Assembly (NCBI RefSeq): GCF_042654765.1
Contig: NZ_JBHSEW010000020.1
Location: forward strand, 1 to 23,607
Direction of reading: 5' to 3'
Length of the DNA stretch: 23,607 nucleotides
Origin: Comamonas nitrativorans
Lineage (GTDB): Bacteria; Pseudomonadota; Gammaproteobacteria; Burkholderiales; Burkholderiaceae_C
Shown here: piece after piece, positions 7,769-15,007 of the stretch
How positions within the stretch are numbered: position 1 is the stretch's first letter
Layout of the letters: the number at the start of each line of letters is the position of its first letter
The notes under the pieces: generated by a model
What the model was told of the DNA's origin: nothing
Database searches by the model: none
Seen by the model: the letters and a program-made list of their open reading frames with translations, nothing else
Position numbers and translations under genes: made by a program

Positions 7769-10399
7769 TCAAGCGGCACCAGCTAGGAAATCCTGCGCAA
7801 AGCGTTGCAGCACGCCGCCCGCTTCGTAGATGGACACTTCTTCGGCGGTGTCCAGACGGCAGGTCATGGGCACGCGCACCACTTCGCCGTTTTTGCGCTG
7901 GATGACCAGGGTCATGTCTGCACGCGGGGCCAGGTCGCCTTCCACGTCATAGGTTTCGGTGCCGTCCAGTTGCAGGGTGTTGCGGTTGGTGCCGGGCTTG
8001 AACTCCAGCGGCAGCACGCCCATGCCGATCAGGTTGGTGCGGTGGATGCGCTCGAAGCCTTCGGCGGCAATCGCCTCCACCCCGGCCAGACGCACGCCCT
8101 TGGCGGCCCAGTCGCGGCTGGAACCCTGGCCGTAGTCGGCACCGGCGACGATGATGAGGGGCTGCTTGCGGTTCATGTAGACCTCGATGGCTTCCCACAT
8201 GCGCATCACCTGGCCTTCGGGTTCCACGCGGGCCAGCGACCCTTGTTTGACCGTGCCGTCCGGGTTCTTCACCATTTCGTTGAACAGCTTGGGGTTGGCA
8301 AAGGTGGCACGCATGGCGGTCAGGTGATCGCCCCGGTGGGTGGCGTAGGAGTTGAAGTCCTCCTCGGGCAGGCCCATTTTGTGCAGGTATTCACCGGCAG
8401 CGCTGTCCAGCAGGATGGCGTTGGACGGCGACAGGTGGTCGGTGGTGATGTTGTCCGGCAGCACGGCCAGCGGGCGCATCCCTTTCAGGGTGCGGGGGAA
8501 GGCGGCCAGGGCGCCCACGCCTTCCGTATCCCAGTAGGGCGGGCGGCGGATGTAGGTGGAGGTGGGCCGCCAGGCGTACAGGGGCGAGGTTTTTTCCTCC
8601 TTGCTGCGGCGGATGCTGAACATCGGCTCGTACACCGCGTGGAACTGCTCGGGCTTGACGCTGGCGGCGACGATGGCGTCGATTTCCTCGTCGCTGGGCC
8701 ACAGGTCTTTCAGCGTGACGGGCTTGCCCTGGGCATCGCAGCCCAGCGCGTCCTGTTCGATGTCCAGGCGCATCGTACCGGCCAGCGCGTAGGCCACCAC
8801 CAGCGGGGGCGAGGCCAGGAAAGCCTGCTTGGCGTAGGGGTGGATGCGACCGTCGAAGTTGCGGTTGCCCGACAGCACGGCGGTGGCGTACAGGTCGCGG
8901 TCGATGATTTCCTGCTGGATTTTCGGGTCGAGCGCACCGCTCATGCCGTTGCAGGTGGTACAGGCGTAGGCAACGATGCCGAAGCCCAGCTTTTCCAGCT
9001 CGGGCAGCAGGCCGCTGGCTTCCAGGTACAGCTTGGCGACCTTGGAGCCGGGGGCGAACGAGGTTTTCACCCAGGGCTTGCGCACCAGTCCCAGGGCGTT
9101 GGCCTTTTTCGCCACCAGACCGGCCGCCACCACGTTGCGCGGGTTGCTGGTGTTGGTGCAACTGGTAATGGCGGCAATGATGACCGCGCCATCGGGCATC
9201 AGGCCCTGGGCTTCTTCGCCCTTGCCGGCTTGCAGCTTGGCTTCGTCGGCAATGCCGCGTTCGGCCAGATCGGACGTGGGCAGGCGGCGGTGCGGGTTGC
9301 TGGGGCCGGCCATGTTGCGCACCACGGTGGACAGGTCGAACGTCAGCACGCGCTCGTATTCGGCGGTTTTCAGCGCATCGGCCCACAGGCCGGTTTCCTT
9401 GGCGTATTGCTCCACCAGGGCCACCTGGGCAGGCTCGCGGCCCGTCAACTTCAGGTAGTCGATGGTCTGCTGGTCGATGTAGAACATCGCCGCCGTGGCG
9501 CCGTATTCCGGGCACATGTTGGAGATGGTGGCGCGGTCGCCAATGGTCAGGCTGTCGGCGCCTGCGCCGAAGAACTCGACGTAAGCGCCCACGACGCGTT
9601 CCTTGCGCAAGAACTCGGTCAGCGCCAGCACGATGTCGGTGGCGGTAATGCCGGGCTGGCGCTTGCCTTTCAGCTCCACGCCGACGATGTCCGGCAGGCG
9701 CATCATGCTGGCGCGGCCCAGCATCACGGTTTCGGCTTCCAGCCCGCCCACGCCCACGGCGATCACGCCCAGGGCATCGACGTGGGGGGTGTGGCTGTCG
9801 GTGCCGACGCAGGTGTCGGGGAAGGCGATGCCGTCACGCAACTGGATGACGGGGCTCATTTTTTCCAGATTGATCTGGTGCATGATGCCGTTGCCGGCGG
9901 GGATCACGTCCACGTTCTCGAACGCGGTCTTGCACCAGTCGATGAAGTGGAAGCGGTCGGCGTTGCGGCGCTCTTCCACCTCGCGGTTTTTCTCGAACGC
10001 GTCGGGGTCGAAACCGGCGTATTCCACGGCCAGCGAGTGATCGACGATGAGCTGCGTGGGCACCACCGGGTTCACCTGGGCCGGGTCGCCGCCCTGATCG
10101 GCAATCGCATCGCGCAGACCGGCCAGATCGACCAGCGCCGTCTGGCCCAGGATGTCGTGGCACACCACGCGGGCCGGGTACCAGGGAAAGTCCAGATCGC
10201 GCTTGCGGTAGATGAGCTGCTTGAGCGCATCGGTCAGCAGCGCCGGGTCGCAGCGGCGCACCAGCTGTTCGGCCAGGATGCGGCTGGTGTAGGGCAGGCC
10301 CGCGTAGGCGCCGGGTTCGATGGCATCGATGGCGGCGCGGGTGTCGTAGTACTGCACCTCGGTGCCGGGCAGGGTTTTGCGGTGGGCTTGGTTGTTCAT
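7769..10399 (-). CDS. acnD: Fe/S-dependent 2-methylcitrate dehydratase, aconitase family (AcnD)
   Basis: The 876-aa aconitase-family protein contains GTDSHT, the cluster cysteines in AAITSCTNTSNP and ACTTCNGMSG, and SSRDWAAKG. Its size and pairing with prpF fit AcnD rather than AcnA or AcnB. Confidence 0.92.
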   Translation of the reverse strand: MNNQAHRKTLPGTEVQYYDTRAAIDAIEPGAYAGLPYTSRILAEQLVRRCDPALLTDALKQLIYRKRDLDFPWYPARVVCHDILGQTALVDLAGLRDAIADQGGDPAQVNPVVPTQLIVDHSLAVEYAGFDPDAFEKNREVEERRNADRFHFIDWCKTAFENVDVIPAGNGIMHQINLEKMSPVIQLRDGIAFPDTCVGTDSHTPHVDALGVIAVGVGGLEAETVMLGRASMMRLPDIVGVELKGKRQPGITATDIVLALTEFLRKERVVGAYVEFFGAGADSLTIGDRATISNMCPEYGATAAMFYIDQQTIDYLKLTGREPAQVALVEQYAKETGLWADALKTAEYERVLTFDLSTVVRNMAGPSNPHRRLPTSDLAERGIADEAKLQAGKGEEAQGLMPDGAVIIAAITSCTNTSNPRNVVAAGLVAKKANALGLVRKPWVKTSFAPGSKVAKLYLEASGLLPELEKLGFGIVAYACTTCNGMSGALDPKIQQEIIDRDLYATAVLSGNRNFDGRIHPYAKQAFLASPPLVVAYALAGTMRLDIEQDALGCDAQGKPVTLKDLWPSDEEIDAIVAASVKPEQFHAVYEPMFSIRRSKEEKTSPLYAWRPTSTYIRRPPYWDTEGVGALAAFPRTLKGMRPLAVLPDNITTDHLSPSNAILLDSAAGEYLHKMGLPEEDFNSYATHRGDHLTAMRATFANPKLFNEMVKNPDGTVKQGSLARVEPEGQVMRMWEAIEVYMNRKQPLIIVAGADYGQGSSRDWAAKGVRLAGVEAIAAEGFERIHRTNLIGMGVLPLEFKPGTNRNTLQLDGTETYDVEGDLAPRADMTLVIQRKNGEVVRVPMTCRLDTAEEVSIYEAGGVLQRFAQDFLAGAA

Positions 10400-10488
10400 G
10401 GTGGGCTGGCTTCTTTCACAAGGTCAAAAGACGGATTCAAGGCTGGTTCGCAATTTACGCAAACTTCCGTTTGTGAAAAAGCCCTGAA

Positions 10489-10537
10489 TTTGCAAAACAT
10501 GGCAAACCACAAGTGCCTATTTTGCAAATTTTGCAAA
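10489..10537. promoter_or_regulatory. Three exact TTTGCAAA palindromes in the acnD/ytrA-like divergent intergenic region, candidate operator for the PrpR/RamB-type regulator
   Basis: Exact TTTGCAAA occurs at 10489-10496, 10521-10528 and 10530-10537. The last two are tandem with a 9-bp phase. Degenerate copies are TTTaCGCAAA at 10454-10463 and TTTGtgAAA at 10470-10478. The sites lie 90-138 bp upstream of the acnD start. Confidence 0.55.
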
Positions 10538-10564
10538 TTTTCATCGGATGGATTTGTTTCTATG

Positions 10565-10586
10565 GTGTATTGATATACTGATACAC
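10565..10586. promoter_or_regulatory. Inverted repeat GTGTAT-N10-ATACAC overlapping an extended -10 (TGaTATACT), a candidate YtrA-type operator and promoter
   Basis: The sequence is GTGTATtgATATacTGATACAC. TATACT lies at 10574-10579, preceded by TGn. The repeat ends one base before ATG 10587. Confidence 0.4.
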
Positions 10587-10979
10587 ATGGAAGCCATGAA
10601 CCTGCATATCGAACCTGCCGCGCCCGAGCCGATTTACCGGCAGATCGTCGGGCAGGTCACGCGGCTGGTGGCCGCCGGGCAATGCCCGCCGGGCACGCGG
10701 CTGCCTTCGGTGCGCGACGTGGCGGCGGCCCATGCCATCAATCCGATGACCGTCTCCAAAGCCTATACCCAGCTGGAAGCCCAGGGCGTGCTGGAGCGCC
10801 AGCGCGGCAAGGGCATGGTGGTGGCCGCCCAGCCCCAGGAGCAGCGCCCCCAGGCCGAGCGCCTGGGCGCCCTGGCGCCTGCGCTGCACGCCCTGGCCTT
10901 GCAGGCGCGGCAATTGGGCCTGCCGCCCGCCGCCGTGCTGGAGGCGCTGCACGCCTGCCTGCACGAGGGCGCCGAATGA
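10587..10979 (+). CDS. GntR-family transcriptional regulator, short YtrA-like subfamily
   Basis: MEAMNLHIEPAAPEPIYRQIVGQVTRLVAAGQCPPGTRLPSVRDVAAAHAINPMTVSKAYTQLEAQGVLERQRGKGMVV is a GntR winged-HTH domain followed by a short C-terminal tail. The start may be 10587 or 10596. The ORF-track start at 10548 adds an implausible N-terminus. The stop overlaps the next start as ATGA. Confidence 0.8.
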   Translation: MEAMNLHIEPAAPEPIYRQIVGQVTRLVAAGQCPPGTRLPSVRDVAAAHAINPMTVSKAYTQLEAQGVLERQRGKGMVVAAQPQEQRPQAERLGALAPALHALALQARQLGLPPAAVLEALHACLHEGAE

Positions 10980-11962
10980 ATACCGAATACCCCAGAAAGC
11001 CAGGAAAGGAACCGACGGCAATGAATGTCTTGACCAGGGAAGAACAGGCGCCAGCGCCTGCATTGGCCGCGTGGCCGCTGCAAGCGCAGGCCTTGCACAA
11101 GCGCTACGGCCCGCAGTGCGTGCTGGACGGGGTGACGCTGGCCGTGGCGCCGGGCAGCATCCTGGGCCTGGTGGGGCGCAACGGCGCGGGCAAAAGCACG
11201 CTGCTGGAATGTCTGTTGGGCCTGCGTGCCCCGGATGCCGGGCAGGCGTGGCTGTGGGGCGTGCCCGCCCGCAGCCTGGGCGAAGCGGAAAAAAACCGGC
11301 TGGGCTATGTGCCCCAGCGGCCCGAAGGCTTCGACTGGCTGCGCATCGAGCAGATGCTGGGCTTGGTGGCGGGCCTGTATCCCCGGTGGGACAAGGCCCT
11401 GGTGCAGCGGATGCTGGATGCCGCAGGCATGGACACGCGGCGGCGCATGTTGACCCTGTCGCCGGGCGAGCGCCAGCAGGTGGCCATCATCCGCGCCCTG
11501 GCCCCGCGCCCGCAATTGCTGGTGCTGGACGAGCCGGCCTCGGCCCTCGACCCCCTGGCCCGCCGCGCCCTGCTGCGCGAAATCGTCGATCTGGCCGCGC
11601 AGGAGGGGACGACGGTGGTGTTCTCCACCCACATCATTTCCGACCTGGAGCGCGTGGCCTCGCACATCGCGCTGCTGCACCAGGGGCAGATGCGCCTGCA
11701 CGCCGGCCTGGACGACATCAAGGACGGCTGGCGGCGCTTGTGGTGGCCGCCTGCCGCGCCCCTGCCGGAGATGGCCTTGCCCGCAGAAGTCAGCCGCCGT
11801 CCCCTGCCCGAAGGCGGGTGGAGCCTGCTGCTGCGCCTGGAGCCGGGGCCGGATGCGCTGCCAGGGCTGCCGGAAGGGCTGCCTGCGGGGGCGCGGCTGC
11901 ACCCTCTGCCGCTGGAGGATTTGTTTGTGGAAATGGCGGGCGCTGCCCAGGGGGCCGCATGA
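10976..11962 (+). CDS. ABC transporter ATP-binding protein with a ~90-aa Pro/Leu-rich C-terminal extension
   Basis: All the ABC motifs are present: Walker A GRNGAGKST, Q-loop YVPQRPE, signature LSPGERQQV, Walker B LLVLDEPASALD and H-loop VVFSTHII. The ATG at 10976 overlaps the regulator stop (ATGA). An alternative start is ATG 11021. Confidence 0.85.
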   Translation: MNTEYPRKPGKEPTAMNVLTREEQAPAPALAAWPLQAQALHKRYGPQCVLDGVTLAVAPGSILGLVGRNGAGKSTLLECLLGLRAPDAGQAWLWGVPARSLGEAEKNRLGYVPQRPEGFDWLRIEQMLGLVAGLYPRWDKALVQRMLDAAGMDTRRRMLTLSPGERQQVAIIRALAPRPQLLVLDEPASALDPLARRALLREIVDLAAQEGTTVVFSTHIISDLERVASHIALLHQGQMRLHAGLDDIKDGWRRLWWPPAAPLPEMALPAEVSRRPLPEGGWSLLLRLEPGPDALPGLPEGLPAGARLHPLPLEDLFVEMAGAAQGAA

Positions 11963-13353
11963 CGGCGGCATCGACCTTGACCGGGCGCGGCTGGCTCCAC
12001 GCCGTGCTGGGGCGCTGGGGCTGGATGCTGTTGGGGGTGCTGCTGCTGGTGGCATTTTTGGGCCTGACCGCGCTGCCCATGCACCAGAGCGCGGCCCCCA
12101 AGTGGCGCATGTTCCAGCTCCAGACCTGGGCCTTGTCCGGCCTGCTGTGGTGGCTGCTGCTGGGCTTGCCGCTGGTGCAGTCGCTGCATGGCATGGCCGC
12201 ATTGCGGCTGCCGGGCGCCTGGGGCGTGCTGCTGCGCGGGCTGGCCCTGCATGGCGTGCTGGCGGTGGCGCTGCCCACCCTGGTCGCCGGGCTGTGGCCC
12301 ACGCCCGCCTTTGCCCGGGTGGACATCGCCGCCGTGGCCGCCGCGCTGTGGCTGGGCTGGGCCTGCGGCGTACTGCTCATCAGCCTGCCGGTGCTGCTGC
12401 TGCCGCTGGCCGTGGGGCCGCTGGCGCTGTGCTGGAGCTATCTGCACCTGCCCTGGGCATCGGCGGCGGGCGGCGGGCTGGCCCTGCTGCTGCTCTGGGG
12501 CCTGTGGCGCTGGCGCTTGCAGGGTTTGCATAGCCCCTTGCTGGTACCGTTCGGCGCCTGGGTGGCCGGCTCGCCCATGCAGCTGCTGGAGCGTTTGCAG
12601 GATGCAGCGGCCTGGCCCCGGTGTGACCGGCATGGCCAACGCGGGGCCGGGCAGGCGCTGCCAGCACAGCCTGTGCAGGGGCGTGACCTGCTGGCGGCCA
12701 TGCTGGGGCCAGGCAGCCAGACCTTCCGCCAGATGTGGGGCCGCCGGGGTCGCGTGCTGGTGTGGCTGGGCGCGGCGGCCATCGTGGCCGTGTTGCTGGT
12801 CATGCTGCACCGGTGGCCGGGAATGTCCAACAGCTTTGTCCTGTATTTCATGGTCGCGATGGTGGTATCGACCAGCAGTGGCGCAGAGGGGTTGCGAACC
12901 ATGCTGGATGCCAAGGCGGCGCAGCGGGCCGGCCTGTTCCTGCTGCCCGGTATGCCGCCGCGCAGCCAGTTGGAGCGGGCGGTGCTGCGCCAGGTATTCC
13001 TGGCACTGGGCGAGCGCCTGCTGCTGATGTGCTGCATGGGGCTGGCGCTGCTGCACTTCTCTGCAGCCACCGCCAGCGGCTGGTGGCTGCTGGGCGTGGC
13101 GGCTTTCTGGCTGGCCGAGGGGATGCAATCGGCCTGGCTGGCCTGGCATGGGCGGCGGCTGCACTGGGGGTGGTCAGCGCTGCTGGTGGGCATGGTGATG
13201 GGCACGGCCAACTGGGGCATGGTGCAACAGGGTGACCTGCACGGGAGGCTGCTGGCCGTCTGGGCGGTGTACCTGCTGATTCGGCTGGCGCATTGTGCGT
13301 GGCAGTGGCGCAGCATCCGGGCACAGCCGCTGCCGGACGGCGTGGTGGGTTAG
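11959..13353 (+). CDS. Polytopic membrane protein of unknown family (464 aa, about 12 predicted TM helices in a 6 + loop + 6 arrangement), presumed partner of the ABC ATPase
   Basis: The ATG at 11959 overlaps the ATPase stop (ATGA). G/C is consistently high at the third codon position in this frame. The protein is rich in Leu, Trp, Ala and Gly, with hydrophobic stretches separated by a ~75-aa polar loop (LERLQDAAAWPRCDRHGQRGAG...). I recognise no motif. Confidence 0.6.
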   Translation: MTAASTLTGRGWLHAVLGRWGWMLLGVLLLVAFLGLTALPMHQSAAPKWRMFQLQTWALSGLLWWLLLGLPLVQSLHGMAALRLPGAWGVLLRGLALHGVLAVALPTLVAGLWPTPAFARVDIAAVAAALWLGWACGVLLISLPVLLLPLAVGPLALCWSYLHLPWASAAGGGLALLLLWGLWRWRLQGLHSPLLVPFGAWVAGSPMQLLERLQDAAAWPRCDRHGQRGAGQALPAQPVQGRDLLAAMLGPGSQTFRQMWGRRGRVLVWLGAAAIVAVLLVMLHRWPGMSNSFVLYFMVAMVVSTSSGAEGLRTMLDAKAAQRAGLFLLPGMPPRSQLERAVLRQVFLALGERLLLMCCMGLALLHFSAATASGWWLLGVAAFWLAEGMQSAWLAWHGRRLHWGWSALLVGMVMGTANWGMVQQGDLHGRLLAVWAVYLLIRLAHCAWQWRSIRAQPLPDGVVG

Positions 13354-13409
13354 GGCCGCTATGCTTGCGCCTACATTGAGGGCAACAGCCCCTTTACGGA
13401 GATATTCCA

Positions 13410-14843
13410 TTGGCCAAGATTTTCATGGGCGTGCGCCTGCGCTCGCTGCGCCAGGAGCGCGGGCTGACCCAGGTGGCGCTGGCCCAGGCGCTGGGCATTT
13501 CGCCCAGTTATTTGAACCAGCTGGAGCAGGACCAGCGCCCGTTTACCGTGCCGGTGCTGCTCAAGGTGCACCGTGTGCTGGGGGTGGACATCCAGCAGTT
13601 TTCCGAGGATGCGCAGGCCCGCCTGGTGGCGCAGCTCTCGGATGCCGTTGCCGCCGTGCCCGATCTGCCTGCCGTGCCCCAGGCCGAGCTGCGCGAGTTG
13701 GCCGCCAAGCTGCCCCAGCTTTCGCAAACCCTGCTGGCCATGCACCGCCGCCACCAGCAGGACACGCAGCGCCTGCACACCCTGGCCGACCGCCTGAGCC
13801 GCGTGGGCATGGACGAAGACCAGTCCCTGGTCGACGAGGCGCTGCCCCAGGGCCAGATGCCGTTCGAGGCGGTGCGCGACTTCTTTTTTGCCCATCGCAA
13901 CTATTTCGACGTACTCGACCGTGCGGGCGAAGCCCTGGCCCAGCAGGCCCAGACCCAGGGCGGGGCGCTGCACGAATGGCTGGCCCAGCACCTGCGCAGC
14001 CAGCACGGCGTTTTCGTGCTGAAGGCGGAATCCGGCGATGCGCCCCTGCGCCGCTTTGACGCGGCCAGTCGCACCCTGCACCTGTCGGCGGACTTGCAGC
14101 CGAGCCAGCAAGCCTTCCAACTGGCCACGCAACTGGCCCTGCTGGAGCTGCAACCGCAGATGCAGCAGCTTCTGGGCACCCACCACTGGCACGACGAGGC
14201 CACCTGCCGCCTGGCCGGAATCGGGCTGGCGAACTACGTGGCCGGGGCGCTCATCCTGCCCTATGGGCGTTTTTTACAGGCGGCGGAAAGCCTGGGCTAT
14301 GACATTGAGCTGTTGGGCCAGCGCTTCGGCGTGGGCTACGAGATGGTGGCCCACCGGCTATCGACGCTGCAACGGGCCGATGCGCCGGGCGTGCCCTTTT
14401 TCTTCATCCGCGTGGACCGGGCAGGCAACATCAGCAAGCGCCAGTCGGCCACGCACTTTCACTTTTCCAAGACCGGCGGCACCTGCCCGCTGTGGAATGT
14501 GTACGAAGCCTTTGCCCAGCCGGGGCGCATCCTGCCGCAACTGGCCAGCATGCCCGATGGTCGCGTCTATCTGTGGATTGCCCGCAGCATCACCCACGAA
14601 GGGCGCGGCTGGGGGGCGCCGGGGAAGAACTTTGCCATCGGCCTGGGTTGTGACGTGCAGCACGCGCACCGGCTGGTGTATTCCAAGGGGCTGGACTTGC
14701 GCAACCTGGAGGCGGCCACCCCCATCGGCATGGGCTGCAAGGTGTGCGAGCGCAGCGCTTGCCCGCAGCGGGCCTTTCCGTTTACCGGCAAGCCGTTACG
14801 GGTGAACGCCGATGAAAGCAATTTTGTACCGTATGGACAGTAA
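13410..14843 (+). CDS. XRE-family HTH regulator with ImmA/IrrE-like and DUF2083 domains (PrpR/RamB/short-chain fatty acyl-CoA regulator type)
   Basis: A TTG start lies 9 nt after GGAG. The N-terminal HTH is GVRLRSLRQERGLTQVALAQALGISPSYLNQLEQDQRP. The C-terminal half carries FFFIRVDRAGNISKRQSATHFHFSKTGGTCPLWNVYEAF and GMGCKVCERSACPQRAFP. That gives four Cys in the pattern reported to bind a [4Fe-4S] cluster in M. tuberculosis PrpR (Rv1129c). Confidence 0.82.
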   Translation: MAKIFMGVRLRSLRQERGLTQVALAQALGISPSYLNQLEQDQRPFTVPVLLKVHRVLGVDIQQFSEDAQARLVAQLSDAVAAVPDLPAVPQAELRELAAKLPQLSQTLLAMHRRHQQDTQRLHTLADRLSRVGMDEDQSLVDEALPQGQMPFEAVRDFFFAHRNYFDVLDRAGEALAQQAQTQGGALHEWLAQHLRSQHGVFVLKAESGDAPLRRFDAASRTLHLSADLQPSQQAFQLATQLALLELQPQMQQLLGTHHWHDEATCRLAGIGLANYVAGALILPYGRFLQAAESLGYDIELLGQRFGVGYEMVAHRLSTLQRADAPGVPFFFIRVDRAGNISKRQSATHFHFSKTGGTCPLWNVYEAFAQPGRILPQLASMPDGRVYLWIARSITHEGRGWGAPGKNFAIGLGCDVQHAHRLVYSKGLDLRNLEAATPIGMGCKVCERSACPQRAFPFTGKPLRVNADESNFVPYGQ

Positions 14844-14920
14844 TCCCCCGCCGAGCATCGACAATGGGGAAAGTGCCTGCGACAGGCCGCAGACGTGGGC
14901 AAACCCTGGGATGACGGGCC

Positions 14921-14949
14921 TTGGCAGTGAGAGTTTGTATCTATATACT
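14921..14949 (+). promoter_or_regulatory. Candidate sigma70 promoter for the sqr operon
   Basis: TTGGCA (14921-14926), a 17-nt spacer and TATACT (14944-14949) sit in an AT-rich block. The element lies about 59 nt upstream of the ATG at 15008. Confidence 0.4.
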
Positions 14950-15007
14950 TTAGAAAATAATAAATTGTATTCTTGTTAATCAAAGATCATCACTTCAGGA
15001 GGAGCGC

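Noticed and set aside
10500-10517. A possible sigma54 -24/-12 element (TGGCAAACCACAAGTGCC) lies in the acnD/ytrA-like intergenic region.
   Set aside because: The GG-to-GC spacing does not fit the GG-N10-GC rule, and no sigma54-type enhancer-binding protein is encoded nearby.
7805-10573. A 922-aa ORF lies on the plus strand opposite acnD. Similar long antisense or out-of-frame ORFs occur at 417-1898(-), 2089-3243(+), 3272-4030(-), 4375-5226(+), 5394-6686(+), 6346-7605(+), 10763-12202(-), 11305-13164(-), 13371-14192(-), 14990-16117(-), 15604-16737(+), 16626-17804(+), 18158-19000(+), 20364-22130(+) and 22603-23442(-).
   Set aside because: These are typical shadow ORFs of GC-rich DNA. Their translations are low-complexity and rich in Arg, Gly, Ala, Pro, His and Gln, with no motifs. 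Each lies entirely over a gene with clear family identity on the other strand or in another frame.
11071-13353. A 760-aa ORF that would merge the membrane protein with about 300 upstream residues.
   Set aside because: The first ~296 codons overlap the ABC ATPase in another frame and translate to Arg/Ala/Gly/Pro-rich sequence. The ATGA-coupled start at 11959 gives a coherent membrane protein.
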